A stretch of DNA of 64,000 nt, from assembly GCF_006345805.1 (NCBI RefSeq), contig NC_043002.1, forward strand, positions 115,444,001 to 115,508,000. Direction: 5' to 3'. This DNA comes from Octopus sinensis (taxonomy: Eukaryota). Shown piece by piece: positions 12,481 through 27,691 of the stretch. The notes under the pieces were generated by a model that was given only the letters and a program-made list of their open reading frames with translations, was not told where the DNA came from and made no database searches. The first letter of the stretch is position 1. Every line of letters starts with the position of its first letter. The position numbers and the translations under genes were made by a program.

Positions 12481-14329
12481 GAGTGTATTTTACCTTGTTA
12501 ACAATTAACACAGATAAATAAATAAATAGTTACCAGGGCAGCAAAAATCTCACAAGTAAAGAGGTTGTAACTCCTTGTTTATAAAGGTTGAAACTTCGTG
12601 TTTACGTTGAATATTTTGAATAATATGAATAAAAAATGGAGTTAACGCAGGTTTAAACAAGTATTTTTACTTTCTACATATGTTTCGAAAATTCCACTGA
12701 TACTATTCAAAAGAATAAAAGGTATAAACAATGCAATCTTCTCTTCGGGAAAGTGAAAAAACGAAACTCGTCAATACGACATTTTAGCAAAAAATGATGG
12801 ATTCGTATAGCGATAGACAGAACGCTATTAATATCGTTTAAAAAAACGTTATATGATATAACGTCATAAGTAGCTAACAGAAAGAGTAGGGATATTAATA
12901 GTGAATGTTAAATATAAAGGAAATCATAAACCGTTGACCAATCTTAAGTACATTAGCAAATTTAGTAATCATCCTGGAGCAATTACTAAGAATTTAGTTA
13001 AGAATATTTCATTTAGATTATCTAAATTATCTGCTAATTTTCAATAATAACGCTGAATTCTATAACTCTGCCTTAATCAAAGCAGGTTATACAGAAAAAA
13101 ATTTCTACATTGATTCTGCTCAGTCTAATTGTAAATTCAATAATGTAGATAAGATTTCTAGTCGTAAAAGAATTATTGATAACAAACATAACTTACGCAC
13201 CGATACAAAGCGAATGAAGGCAGATAACCCTTTTTTATTCCCCTATTACCGATCTAAAAGTAAATATAACACCTTCAAAAGTAATTACGCTATGAATAAT
13301 AGTAAAAATATTTGGTTAATAATTCCTTACGGGAGACAAATTAAATCTAATCTCCCACTGCTGTTTCGTCAAGCTATTGCTAGGAATTTTCCAAACAATT
13401 CTAGATATTACTCTATAATTAATTCACATAAGGTTAGGATAGGTTTTTCAAACACAAAAAATCTCTTGCAAATTATATCTTCTCATAATAACAAACTGTT
13501 AAATATTAATACATTTACTAATACTAACATTAATTTAGCTAATACCATCCAACCCTCTAGAAATATTAATAACAAGGTTATTGTATCTGAAGTCAATTCC
13601 AATAGAATTAAATTTATGTCAAGTAACTCTAAGATTAAAAATTCTATATACCAGTGTATGATCAGTACTCGTAATAAAGTACGATTTTACATTGGAAGCA
13701 CATCGTTAGAGTTATCTAAGAGAATTTCTATCCATTACTCAACATTTAGGGATAGAAATAAACGGAATAGTGCCGGTCTCAGCAAACTGATTTGGGATTT
13801 AAAAGACCACCATGAACAGTTTCATTTAGAATGGTTGATCCTCTCAATTTCGATACCATATGACAAAGGCAAGAAATTCTGTCTTCTCTGCAATTCTGAG
13901 CTATTTTTCATTATTTTTTCTAAAGATACTCTAGTAAACACGGTTATAGAACGAGCATACAGATGTAAGCATTGGCAGAAACATACTTTTAGTGCATATA
14001 AGTAGTCCCTATCATTATATATAGTTTAAACTTTAATTTCCTTTATATTTAACATTCACTATTAATATCCTACTCTTTCTGTTAGCTACTTATGACGTTA
14101 TATCATATAACGTTTTTTTTAAACAATATTAATAGCGTTCTGTCTATCGCTATACGAATCCTCATTTTTTGCTAAAATGTCGTATTGACGAGTTTCGTTT
14201 TTTCACTTTCCCGAAGAGAAGATTGCATTGTTTATATCTTTTATTCTTTTGAATAGTATCAGTGGAATTTTCGAAACATATGTAGAAAGTAAAAATACTT
14301 GTTTAAACCTGCGTTAACTCCATTTTTTA

Positions 14330-14336
<7 letters not shown>
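12478..14336 (+). mobile_element. 5'-truncated Penelope-like element (RT C-terminus + GIY-YIG endonuclease) with inverted ~300-bp pLTR arms
   Basis: Frame from ~12914 YKGNHKP..YISKFSNHP..KNISFRLSKLS. ORF 13214-14005 has SIYQC..FYIGST..RISIHYSTFR..LSKLIWDLK..CLLCNSE. Arms 12623-12924 and 14036-14336 are reverse complements. Confidence 0.85.
14205..14290 (+). ncRNA. Hammerhead-ribozyme-like motif, CCGAAGA core variant (inverted copy at 12669-12754, -)
   Basis: actttc-CCGAAGA-gaagatt..aattttc-GAAA-catatg-TA-gaaagt: 6-bp stem I, long stem II, palindromic CATATG. Confidence 0.75.
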
Positions 14337-14377
<41 letters not shown>

Positions 14378-14638
14378 TATATATATATATATGTTAATAA
14401 AATAGAACATATGCATATATATAAACATATATGTACGTACCTACCTCTACATGTACATATACACGCATATATGTGTACAGGACACCAAAAAGACGTCGAA
14501 CACATAGAGAGACGAAAAACATAGACACAAACCAAGGAACAGGACAGGCAAAAAAGAAAAAAAGAGATACAGGACAATAAGCACAACGAAAAATCCCCTT
14601 CTTCAGTCGCTAAGGTTTCATCTACTCTACGTTTCGAA

Positions 14639-14676
<38 letters not shown>

Positions 14677-15664
14677 ACAATTGAGGGTAAAATTAATTAG
14701 TTATTAATCAATTTCACCAAGTATTCAGTATGTAAAAGGACCATTTAAGGCGAATTCAAAATATTACATTATATAATTAGGGCTTAGTAAAATAAATTAC
14801 TTTGCCACATACTGAACTTTCTAGAAATAGCAGCCAAAAAAAGTTTTTTAGCCATTTCCACTACTTAAAGAAAATTTCTCTCAGATAATGTTTACTCAAA
14901 AATAACTCACGAAGGTATGGAGGTAAAAACAGAAAAAATATCACAAGTACAAAGATTATTTGAGAACGTTAACGTTTCTAGATTAGCCAAATAAACTCAG
15001 CATTTCTTTCGTCAGCTCAACATTTCTTATTTTGAATTTGGAAGCACTAAAAAGGAAGAACATATATATATATATATACACATGCACACCCATATATACA
15101 TATATAGTTTTTTTCTTTTATCTCTTTATTCTTCTACAATTAACCCTTTTAACCGATTCCTAATCTACAGAGCTAGGTCACCAGTTTTCACAATGTAATC
15201 GTTAATTAAATTGTAATTTTTTTTAATTCATATTTCATTAGAGTAGAGATTAAATGGGTATAAAAGAAATTAAAGAAACTTCAATAGCTTTTAAAATAAA
15301 GTGCAAAGAGAGTTAGAGGGTAGGAAAGAGAAATAAATAGAATGAACCTTCTAGTTTATAATGAAAGGTTGAATGCAACAGGTGGTGATAAATTCTCAGT
15401 AGCAAATTCGGATTACGGTTTTTTGATCTCCGACTCTATTTTTATTTCTTGTGTAGTGTTTAACGCATTAAAAGACAGCGAGCTGGCAGAATCGTCAAAG
15501 CGTTGGAAAAGAAAAGTGCCTCGCAGTTTGTGTTTCTTCTCTATATATTTTGATTTTGAATCCGGTCATGGCTGCCTTTGCTTTTCATTCTTTCGAGATC
15601 GACAAATCAAGTATCAAAGTCGATGCAATCAACTAGAATCCTTAAAATTGCTGAAGTCCCTAAA

Positions 15665-15885
15665 TTGATTTCAATTTTTGGCACAAGACCAACAAGTTCA
15701 GGGGAGCGGGTAAGTCGATTACATCGACCCCAGTGCTCAACTGGTATTTATTTTATCGACCCCAAGAGGATGAAAGGCAAAGTCAACCTCGGCGAAATTT
15801 GAAATCAGAACGTGAGGACAGACGAAATACCGCTAAGCATTTTTTTTTTCGGCATACTAACGATTCAGCCACCTCGCTGCCTTAA
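15665..15885 (-). mobile_element. Family A SINE
   Basis: Reverse complement of the family A head and body. Further copies at ~16365-16570, 21301-21500, 21782-21990, 33855-34045, 36013-36230 and 60700-60815. Confidence 0.8.
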
Positions 15886-17016
15886 TTTGTACCTAAATTT
15901 AAAAACCCACTTCATAACGCCTGAAGAGTGATGGAGTCATATATTCCTAAGAGCGTTGGATAAAATCAATTACGATATTTATTCCTCTTCTTTACATTCT
16001 GAGTCCAAATCCTGCGATGGTCAACTTTGCTTTGCCAGTTCACAATGGCAGAACCCAATTGACCAATTAAGTACTGAGATCGATATAATCGACTTCTCCC
16101 ATCCCCAAATTTGCGTTCTTGTGTCTGGATTAGAAGTTATTATTTAACGCCTTAAAAAAGACATAGTCATTTCCAATTTTTATTACTTCTCCACTGAAGA
16201 ACTTAGGCCCAAATTGTTATTATTTCTTCAAACACTCATACTGTGTTTTTTAACTGCTAACATAGAAAACCATGAGCAATCAACCATCCTATGTATCTTC
16301 TTTCTTGTAAACAACGGTCTTATGACAATGAAATCAACATCATTTAATATAAAGGGAGATAAAACGGTGAGCTGACAGAATCGTTAGCAAAATGCTTAGT
16401 GGCATTTCGTCCGTCTTCACGCTCTGAGTTCAAATTCGGCCGAGGTCAACTTTGCTTTTCACCCTTTCGGGGCCGATAAAAAGAACACCAATTGAGCACT
16501 AGGGTCGATGTAATCGACTTATTCCCTTCCCCCGAACTTGCTGGTCTTGTGTCAAAATTTGAAATCAATATAACGGGTGGTATAAAACTCGTTAAGATAG
16601 TTATACACCTGAATAAGACATGTAGAAACAATGCTATTCTATAAAATGTAATTATGTATATTGTAAATATCAAACAATGAGGAGATTCAACACCAAATTA
16701 GTGGATAAAGATTCATTTGAGTATTAAGGCTACCAATGGTTTCGTGCATTGTAAATATCTTAAGCCGATCACATAGAGAAATTGGTTTTCGTCTCTATTT
16801 TGGGTCAAAATGCGAATATATGGATGATATATAATATATTTAAATGCCTGTGCCCCAGCATGGCCACAGCTCGTGAGCTGAAACTAGTTCAATTCATATA
16901 TATATAGAGAGAGAGGGGGGGACTTTCTCGCTTCCCGAGCGTTAAACTAATGCATCTGCTTGTTGATTACACACCCGTCTTCGACTTTTGTTTTGTTTAT
17001 TTTTTAGCAAATTCCA

Positions 17017-17053
<37 letters not shown>

Positions 17054-19051
17054 CGGTTTTAATTGAAGGGTAAACATTATTATGATATTTGTTGATAGTC
17101 GGCTGGTGTGACGATAAGAATTGTTGTTGATATGACGGCAAGTTGTAAGAAGTTAAAGAACAAAGTGCATAAAGTTTTAGGGAAATGTTTATTTACCGTT
17201 ACGTTACAATACCTTGCCTCGACGGACAGGTTTTGATAAATCCAAAAGCATGCGAAAGTTAGATGCGGTAGAATGTTTGTGTTTGGGTTCTCTTCGTTGT
17301 TTAGTAGTAATTGCTGAGAGAGATAGAATGATGTTGTAAGAGAACAGAATTAGAGCTAGAGAGAATTGTATGGTGTTGTCTTCATTTCTCCCTCTGACCA
17401 AGGCTGGTCAGCCAGACCTCGTTGAGTCGTCATGATGTGACTGACTAACTTTTTGCTTGGGATGTGCTGGTTTATATAACTATCCAGAAGGATAGATATA
17501 TCATTGAGAACAATAGATTTAGTTGGGGTGGGGGGGCTTGTTATCACAATTCTTGCTTTTGGTGAAGTAGAAGAGGTTAGAAAGGGTCAAGTGGTGAAGA
17601 CATTATTTCGGCCTAGCTAAAGGCATCAGGAAAATGTAAAACTGCTGTTAGAGAAAAACCATTGTTCCACTGTGGGAAAAGTTCTGTAGCAGTGTTAATA
17701 TAAATTTGGCTGTGGTGGATCGAATCCACTTCATGCACGCAAGATTCACTACACACATATACATTAATGTTTGTTTTTTATGTTTTCGGAGGGCCATTAT
17801 GCCAATAATAATAAATACATGCAGTGATTCAGTATCACCTCTTTCTTGTTAACCAATCGGTTAAATATCAACTCAACTAACTAACCGATCGTTTCTTTTA
17901 TGTGTCAGTTGTTGGTTTGTCAAAGTCCTTTCGTTCCTATTCGTGACCTCATCAATGACGTGTCATCGGACTGTTCGACGATAGCTAAGCTGGCCGAAAC
18001 TTCGAAGTCTCTGTCAGTATATTTCTTGCCAAAGAATAATAAATTGATACATAAAATATCACTTTTTCGGCTATCTAATTATTTTGTTTGCCTCTTGAAT
18101 TAACTTATCCATTAATTATTGCATTAATTTACTGGTACTCCGGCGGTTACGACGATGAGTATTCCAAGTGATCCAATCACGAATACAACTCATTTTTACC
18201 AGCTGAATGGTCTGAAGCAACGCGAAAAAAAGCGTCTTGCTCGAGAACACCATGGGCCGTCGGATATCAGACGCACGACTTTATGATCGTCAGCCGAAAA
18301 CCCTAACCATTAAGCCACGTGCCTTCACTGTATTAATTTATTCAATTATTTATTTGCCCATCTGTTTTTCAATTTATACATCAAATGTCTAAAAATATTA
18401 AACTGCAGTTCAAAATGCTTTGGAGATAACTCGAGGAAAATGAAATAGAGTTATCTACCTTGAAATATAAGTTTTATAGAATAGTTGACATAAGTGTCAC
18501 CGTCCGATTTAATTTCCAGAAAATTGAAATTTCCTACAAATACATTTCATACAGTTTTGATTACAATTATATTCGAATGTTCTTGTAAAAATTTTTTCGA
18601 TGTTGGGGTAAGGGGAGTTTCGGATAATTCGCACGCTTTGACTTTTCCTTCACAACTTTCAGAAAAATGAGTATTCTTCAATGAAATTTTCAACCGATAT
18701 TTTCAGATGCTGTAGATTACGATTAGACCGAAATTAGATGTGAAAAAAAAAAAGAAAAAAATGGGGGCGGATATTTCACGCATTTAGACATTGTTTCCTC
18801 ATACGTTTTGATGATATAGATTACAATTATTATTTTTTTTATTATTTATGAGGACTATTCGACACTTTCCCTTCAGGAATTTGTTAAATGAATATCTTTA
18901 AATAAAATGAAATTTACCAGATATGACTGCATCATTTGAAAGAAAACATTATCAGAAGTGAATTTGTTGGTATAGTCGTTTGGTATGCTATAGGCTTTTG
19001 TGAGATTATGGAAAATACGCGATATCAACAATAATGAACAGGTGATAAAAG

Positions 19052-19116
<65 letters not shown>

Positions 19117-19189
19117 ATAGCTGCACCCTCCTTACACGAGAAAAGCCATTGCCAAAAAGACTCACTGAAAAGATTCGTTATATATATGC

Positions 19190-19470
19190 CATGTGTTGCC
19201 TTTATATGACTTTTAAGCCCAGCCAAAGTTTTATTAGATACTCCAACTGTGAGGCACACTCTTCCACATTTTACATATGTTCTGTTATGAATTTTAATAG
19301 CCACATCACGGTTTATCATGGGTCGATTCCTGTGAGATTTTTGATGGCTGACGAGGGCTGCACGACTCAAACGCCTCTTCCCACAAACCACTCACACAAA
19401 AAGCAACACTTCCTCATTCTCCACAGGTTCCTTCCTTCTAAGCCTCCTCCTAAATCTCTCATACTTCACT
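19190..19470 (-). mobile_element. RTE-type LINE 3' fragment with C2H2 zinc-finger remnants
   Basis: CGKRRLSRAALVSHQKSH and CGRVC..LAGLKSHIKATH. Confidence 0.55.
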
Positions 19471-19479
19471 CTCTCCCTC

Positions 19480-20420
19480 TCAAGCCCTCAACAATCACTG
19501 TCTTCCTCCATTCATCCAGGTCTTGTGCCTCTAATACTTTCCTGGTTATTCTGGCCGTGCCGAGGAGGTAAACCTTTTGTAACAGTTCTACTAGGCACTC
19601 CATTCCAGTTTCCTTTATATTCCTCTTGATGCCTTCTGATGCTGTTCCCAAGAACCCAACAATAATTCGCACCATCTTCACATCCTTCATTTTCCATAGC
19701 CGAGCTATTTCGTACTTAAGAGGGTTGCATCTATCTATCTTTTCGCCTTCCTTCTTGACTATTCGTGGCTCAATGGAGAATGCAACATCACCTACATAGC
19801 ATATGTGGTGCACTTTGCCCAAAACTACTAGGTCCGGTCTGTTATGCTCTAGCACCTGATCTGTTTAAATTGGGAAATTCCAGAGGATTTTGCTAGTCTC
19901 CGGATCCGTCACTCTCTGCGGTTTGTGCTCACACCACGTCCTGCGTCTCTTTAGTCCCCACTTTTCGCACAGTTTCTAATGTAGCACTTTCGCTACCTGG
20001 TCGTGTCGCCATAACTTGTAGTGGTTTTGGGCAAGTCTAGGGTATTCGTTCGTGATATGAGCAATGGTTTCATCCACTCTATTGCAGATACGGCACAGTG
20101 GAGAGTGGGAAAAATTAGCTCATTCCTAAGGTTGACAATCCAGTTCGTGGCCAAAGCTTGGTCTTGCGCTGCCAGTATAGTACTCTCGGTCCCTTTTTTA
20201 GGTTCCTTTCATCAGCCAATCCCACCTATTTTTTCCAGCATCTTCTGTTGTGGCTACATGGAATTGATTGTCTAGTCCCTTCTTGTATAATTCTTCTTCA
20301 TGTCCTTTTTGTACTTCTTCCTTTGTTTTCCCTTTTTTCTCTGCTCTCAATACTCCCTTGTTCCTAACTGTCACTAGTAAGGTTTCCTTAATTTGGGCTA
20401 GATATCTCATTAAGCTCTCG
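19480..20420 (-). mobile_element. R4/Dong-type non-LTR fragment (restriction-like endonuclease)
   Basis: HNRPDLVV..GDVAF..KEGEKI..LKYEIARLW..IIVGFLGT..LQKVYLLGTARITRKVL. Confidence 0.8.
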
Positions 20421-20439
20421 ATTATTATTTTTATTATTA

Positions 20440-21017
20440 TTGAGTGAGAGAGCAGCTCATGCCATCAGTGACACTGGGGTACAATTATACGAAGCCCAAT
20501 ATACCCATCATGACTACCCGTCTGATAAGGGTACACCAGGCACATGCATCACAACCATATGTGCGCGACATGGTGATCTTATATCGAGATAAACAGCGCA
20601 GGAACTTGCAGGTGGGGCTCAGTTAGTTTTCTTCAGGTTGAGTAGCCCATCCTGCTCAAAAGGTCCCTAATAAGGTTTGTTTAAGGATGATGAACGAAAC
20701 ACCCATGTTTCCAGAGGTGAATTATTCAAACCCTAAAGAATTCTTCTCAACACATAGCTATGATGCTCCCCCACTACTTCTTCTTGTGATCAGAGATGCA
20801 CATATGGTCAGCCACTAAGGTCAAGCAACTGACAAGCAAATCTATGGTATTGAGCAGAATATTTATTGTAGCCCATCTTTTATACCAAGACAAAACAATG
20901 CATATGATAAAACTTTCAATCAGTTAAGATGAGAAGCCATGAGAGCCACTGCCTGGTATTGCATCAGGGCATTTATTATTATTATTATTATTATTGTTAT
21001 TATTATTATTATTATTA

Positions 21018-21080
<63 letters not shown>
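20440..21080 (+). repeat. Probable LINE 3' UTR fragment ending in an (ATT)n tail
   Basis: Non-coding stretch followed by ~110 nt of (ATT)n at 20972-21080; family not identified. Confidence 0.4.
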
Positions 21081-21084
<4 letters not shown>

Positions 21085-21994
21085 ATTTCTAATTAAAAGC
21101 AATCTAACCATGTAAACATTATCGGTTGCACATTCACTGTATGTGTTTTGTTTAAACGATCATTTGCTGCAGGATAGCGTCCTAGGAAAGCTCTTTACAT
21201 GAGTGTTAAAGAACAGTGAATATCTGGTCTGGGACATTCAATGTTCTTTGATACTTGGCGTCGTGTAAGCAGCTTTCTTAAGATTGTATCCGTAACCAAT
21301 TGGCAGAATCGTTACCGCGCTGGACAAAATGCTTAGCACCACTCCGCCAGTCTTCGTGTTCTAAGTTCAAATTCTGGCATGGTCGACTTTAACTTTCATC
21401 TTTTCAGGGCCGATAAAATAAGGACTAGTTGAGTACAGTGGTTGATGTAATTGACTTACCTCCTCCCCTGTAGTAGCTGGCCTTGTGCCTTTGAAGCCAA
21501 TATCTATTATATTTCGCTACAAGAATCACGAAATTATAATTACTTATATCTAAGTCGATCTTCATGTCCAGTTAATTAATACTTTCGGTCTCCAGTAATT
21601 ATTTTAGATTAAATTGTATAAGCATAATACAATGTCCATGCTTGTTACGTACCTATAAAATCCTCTGTTGGCCTCCATGTACTTCGCTACAAGAATCATG
21701 TAACTATATTTACATATACTAAAGTCCATGTTGATGTCCAGTTAATTGTTAGTGTTTATAGTAATATTTTAGATGAAGTTAAGGCGGAGAGCTGGCAGAA
21801 TCGTTAGCATGCCGGACAAAATGCTTAGCGGCATTTCGTCCGTCCTACGTTCAGAATTCAAATTCCGCTGAGGCTGACTTTGCCCTTCATAATTTTGGAG
21901 TCGATAAAATAAGTACTAGCAGAGCACTAAACTCGATGTAATAGATTTACCCGCTCACTCGAAATTGCTGGCCTTGTGCTAAAATTTGACACTA

Positions 21995-23050
21995 TTATTG
22001 AAGGCAGCAAGGCGGCAAACTGGCAGAATCGTTAGAATGTTGTGCAAAATGCTTTTGACCACACTTGTAGCAACGAGGCTTCCTCCCCTCTACCGTGACT
22101 CGCAACTTAGTCTCCCCCACCTGTATAGTTTCTATAATATTTTCTACATCAGCCAGAGCATCCTGTGTAATCATTTTGAGGCCTGGCCCCTGCCAATTCT
22201 GCAGTCCCAGCGCTGGGGCTTGGAGAATTGTGATCTTATCCTCCAAGCCGTTTATTATAGCTGCCACCAGCCAAGCGGGGTCTACTTCGGGTGGGATGTC
22301 TCCTACCTTAATCTTGGAAGTCTGTCTTCCAATATAAGTAGGTAGGAGTACCATCTCCACCGTTTTTAATGGTGTCGTCGGCGCTTGCTTTGCCTTTTCC
22401 TCGGTTTTGAAATGGACTTCTATTGTAGCATACTTCACTCCTCTTGTGACGTATGCCACGTCGTTCCAAACTGAACGGAGGCACAACTCCACTGCTTCTT
22501 TACTTTCGTTATCCAGTTCTATTGCTTTGGTCACAAATGATTTGTATATCACAGTGCACCGCAGTGCATTATAATTCGTTTCACTGGGAGGGATAATCAC
22601 TGTTTCACTCCCTTCCCTTTTTCTTCAAACCTTTGTATTTTCCGAGCTCATCGCTTCCACAATTTATTAGCTTTTCTGAGACGCCGGCCGCTGCAGCAAA
22701 ATTGCTAGCTTTTCTTCCTTGAATAAACCCTTCCCCTGTCAGCATGCTATTTAAAACTGTACTGCCTTTTACGCTTCTGATATATTTCCATTCACTTGTA
22801 CCTGGTTCACTACTGGTCTTGGCTTTTATAGGGGATTTGTCTTTTTTATTCTATTTATTTATTTTGAGAAGTACAATATTTCCCCCTTCACACAAGGGGA
22901 AAACGTAAACAGAGGACTGTCACAAGCAGAAAAATAGGTGTTTAAAAAAAACACTCAACAAAAGTTCAACAACGTAATAATTCAACAGTGCAAATTTAAC
23001 AAATTAACCAAAAATATCACAACTTATGCCAAACTTTTTGAACAACATTT
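21995..23050 (-). mobile_element. LINE ORF1 fragment (RRM-like region + zinc knuckle) with probable 5' UTR, cut off at a SINE
   Basis: ORF 21995-22600 has KIKVGDIPPEV and LRVTVEGRKPRCYKCGQKH. An upstream frame from ATG ~22746 is shifted by one base. Confidence 0.7.
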
Positions 23051-24339
23051 ACGAACAAGTCGAGAGAGATGATAGTAACAACGGTTAAAAAAAAAATCAA
23101 TGTTACTTTATTGATGCATTTGGGAAGTCTATGTCTGTATTGTCAGACAATTGTAAAAAAAATGTTCTTAAAAATTCAAAACTCTGCAAAAATGCAGTAC
23201 AGATTCTTCATGGTTCAAAAGGTTACTTACTTTTTACTCAACTTGATATATATGTATATATTTGTGTGAATCTGTCTTTGTGTCTGAATTTGTCAACCCT
23301 ACCATCGCTTGACAATCGATGTTGGTGTGTTTACGTCCGCCCCCTCCCCTAACTTAGCGTGTCCCCAAAAGAGATCGATAGAATAAGTACTATGCTTACA
23401 AAGAATAAGTCCTGGGGTTCGATTTTTTCGACTAAAAAATTCCTTTAAGACGCAGTCAATGACTGACAGAAAAGAACAAAAGAATATTTATTCAGAATTA
23501 TTCACATGTGTCATACAGACAGGCGTACATATATAAATAGAAAACATTGTACCTTAACGCCAACACTACAATATACTACCCACGATGTGCGTACCACGTG
23601 CTACCGATATATTTGAGTAGTAATGCTCCGGTGGTATTTTAATTCTGATAATACAAAAGGGTTTCCTAATTTCCAGTAGGCAAGTAAAATAACAAGGGAG
23701 ACAACCAATGCCTCTGAATGATTATTCCCCTTCAGACATATATTTTCCTTCGTTGTTATCATGATTATCGATATTTTGAATTATATATATATATATACTC
23801 TCTTTTACTCTTTTACTTGTTTCAGTCATCTGACTGCGGCCATGCTGGAGCACCACCTTTAGTCGAGGAAATCGACCCCCAGGAATTATTCTTTGTAAGC
23901 CTAGTACTTATTGTATCGGTATCTTTGCCGAACCGCTAGATAACGGGGACGTAAACACACCAGCATCGGTTGTCAAGCGATGTTGTGGGGACAAACACAG
24001 ACACACAAACACACACACACATATATATATATGTATATACGACGGGCTTCTTTCAGTTTCCCTCTACCAAATCCACTCACAAGGCCCGGGGCTATACTAG
24101 AAGACACTTGCCCAAGGTGCCACAGGAACATCCGATTTTTATAATTTTTGGTGCCAAAAGAACCGCCGTGTTGCGACATTTCAGACAAATATTTTGGCAC
24201 TACCTTGGGGCCTCCGATTGCTAAGAAAATTGTGAAAAAATTTGAAAAAAATCGATTTTTCGCATTTTTGCAAAGTTACACGGTAGAAAACTTTTTACTG
24301 GAAGGTCCGGTTTCCTTGCTTTTTACGGCTAAAAAAACA

Positions 24340-26969
24340 CCATATAACAGCGGTTCTATCAAGTATCTGTTCTATGTCCAAAGGCATCTCAGGGTTTTTT
24401 TGTGGGGAGGGGTTCAAGTTTTGCATCTTGAGAACGGTCAGAGAGTCTACTTCTCCAGCTCTAATGCTGTTCAGCTGGCACAAGAACCCAAGGACACCGC
24501 GCTCACCGCCTTCTTTAAACTATGCACAATTGACCCCTTCGCTAAGACCCTCCTGTATCCCCAGGTTCCATCATATTACATTTGGGAAAAGAAATCACGC
24601 ATTTGGGAATTAAGGAAACAAAAACAACCCGTCGAGGGACAGCCAAACTTAAAATCTTTCCCCATCCTTAACCAACAGGAATGTTTTTGCCTTCGCCTAC
24701 TGCTACATGAGGTCACGGGACCGACATCTTTCAACGACCTGAAAAGCTTCAACGGTGAAGTTTTTGCTACATACCGCGAAGCCTGCCTTAAACGCGACCT
24801 GCTAGAAGACGGCGCTTAGTGGGACGCAACAATGGCGGAAGCAGCTACAATACGCTCGGCGAGGAGTCTTCGAAAGCTCTTTGCAGTACAACTGCAAACA
24901 TGCGAACTCAGTGATCCTGTAACCTTATGGGAGAACTGCACGGAAGATCTTTCAGAGGACTACCACCACATCTGGTGCCTCACTTGAACGTCGGTTTCAG
25001 CGACAAATCCTTCAAAGAGAGCACTCATCGACATTGAGGACGGCCGACGGTAACGACCTTTCATTTTATGGTCTACCGAAAGTCAGCAGAACGGGTTCGC
25101 ACACACACTACCAACAGGCGTTATTCAGTTTGCGGCGTTGATGCTCTTCAACAATACATCGAGGAAAATGAGCCGAAGCTGCTTCAGGACCAGCAGCACG
25201 AATACAGCGCTGTCTACACTTCCATTCGTTAACGCAAAGGAGGTATTTTCTTTTTAGATGCCCCAGGAGTAACTGGTAAAGCATTCGTGACTAAACTCCT
25301 TACAAAAGTATGCCAGCAAAAGAGGATCGCTTTAGCTGTAGCTTCTTCCGGAATTGCCACGACTCTACTACCCGGGGGTAGGACGGCTCATTTTTCAAAC
25401 TCCCGTTCAATGCTTCTGCGTGCGACTCAGCCACCTGCAATATTACAAAAAAACTCAGACAAAGCAGAAATACTGCAAAGGTGCCAGTTCATTGTTTAGG
25501 ACGAATGCACCATGGCACATTAAGGATCCCTTGAATCACTGGACAGGACCCTGAAAGACATCAAGGGCTGCATTAGCCCCATGGGAGGCGCTTCCCTCCT
25601 TCTGTCTGGTGATTCCAGACAAACTCTATCCATAATTCCAAAAGGCACCAGAGCCGACGCTGTAATGGCTTGCATTAAGTTATTTTCCCTGTGGCAGGAC
25701 AATTTTGACCCTTACAACAAACATGAAGGCCCAGCGTTTCGGCGACAACTTATCGGGCGACTTCTCCAAGCAACTTCTCACCGTTGGTGGCGGTACAACT
25801 CCCTCCGATGCAGCTGAAGAGATGGCTGTCTCACACATAGGCACACCTGTGAACACTGTGGACGACCTTACGACTGCTGTTTTTCCCGATCTGCACATAA
25901 ACTACCAAAACCTGAATTGGCTTTGCGAAAGAGCCATATTAGCTTCCAAAAACACATTTGTTGCAAAACTCAATGAAAACCTACTGCGAAGCCTTCCTGG
26001 AAACCTTCACACCTATAAGTCTGTGGACACTGTTGTGGACCAAGAAGAGGCCGTTAATTTTCCCACAGAATTCTTCAATTCCTCGGACCCCTCAAGACTA
26101 CCGCCTCATCAACTGCACCTCAAAATTGGAGCCTCGGTCATGCTGCTGAGGAACCTGGAGCCACCACGTCTGTGCAACGGAACGCGTTTAGTGGTAAAAA
26201 AATGTGCTGCCTCATTTTATTGAAGCAACAATTCTTATGGGTTGCGACATCAGAGACAACGTCTTTATACCCAGGATATCTCTTACTCCATCAGATAAGC
26301 AATGTCCCTGTCCCTTGCGTCGACTTCAGTTCCCTCTTCGACTTTGCTTTGCCATATCCATCAACATGTCCCAAGGCCAAACACTAACAACAATAGGCCT
26401 TCATTTAGGCCAACCATGCTTCTCGGAGTCGGATGCAAAAAATCCTTTTCGTGTTCGGCCCGAAAGCCAAAACGAAAAGTGTCGTCTGCCGTGAGGTGCT
26501 GTAGGCGTCCAACATACCGCAGCTTCCCTGCCGAACAGATTTATGGTGAGTGAGTACTATTGTTGCCTTTCTCTCAAAATTACCTGTTTTCCCTAATTTT
26601 TTTTTTTTTTTTTGTCCGCTACAGCTTCTCAATCTCCTTTCATGTGAACGAAAAGGGAAGTTTATACCTGTGAATAAGCAATATTTTCAGGGCCATTGTT
26701 GAGAACGATAACAATCCTTTTCAGGGCTACTTTACATTCAATTGTTGCACCCCCTGCAATGCCCTTGTAGCTTCTCCAAGGCTTTTCACCCTGTTGTTAC
26801 TACTTTATTTATGGCCTATGGGAAAAATCACTTCTTCCTCAATGTCAATGTTTGTAACTTAACGCAAAAAATATTCAAAGAGATATACAACAACAACAAA
26901 AAATGGTAGAACCTATTAAGACCATTGCCGAATACTTAATGCCCGAGCAACGCCAAGTACTCCTCCTAG
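24340..26969 (+). mobile_element. Degenerate Helitron (RepHel linker + PIF1 helicase) with 3' hairpin-CTAG
   Basis: LHLENGQRVYF, LRLLLHEVTGPTSF..TYREAC, FLDAPGVTGK, ALAVASSGIATTLLPGGRTAH, LKIGASVMLLRNL..LCNGTRL, RLQFPLRLCFAISINMSQGQT; many frameshifts. End gcccgagcaacgcc..CTAG|T at 26966-26969. Confidence 0.9.
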
Positions 26970-26970
26970 T

Positions 26971-27469
<499 letters not shown>

Positions 27470-27638
27470 CGGAGATGTACTTGCTGAACGAAACAATTGC
27501 AGCGTGGAAGGTGTTTGTAAGCCATTTAAGAAACACTCAAAAGCCGTTCGATTCACTTCAACATTTAAGTTTAATTTGTCAAAATATTTTCGTCGCTTTA
27601 AGACCGCGATCTTCATACAAAAATCCGTGCTGCATCTC

Positions 27639-27691
<53 letters not shown>

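Noticed and set aside
14590-14640. CTGAAGA and CGAAACGTA on the minus strand as a permuted hammerhead (similar partial motif at ~8110-8170)
   Set aside because: Stem I cannot form and the stem II register is wrong.
17958-18016. GAAA-cttcgaag-TC hammerhead 3' half
   Set aside because: The core reads TCGACGA and stem I is broken; counted only as a relic and not called as a feature.
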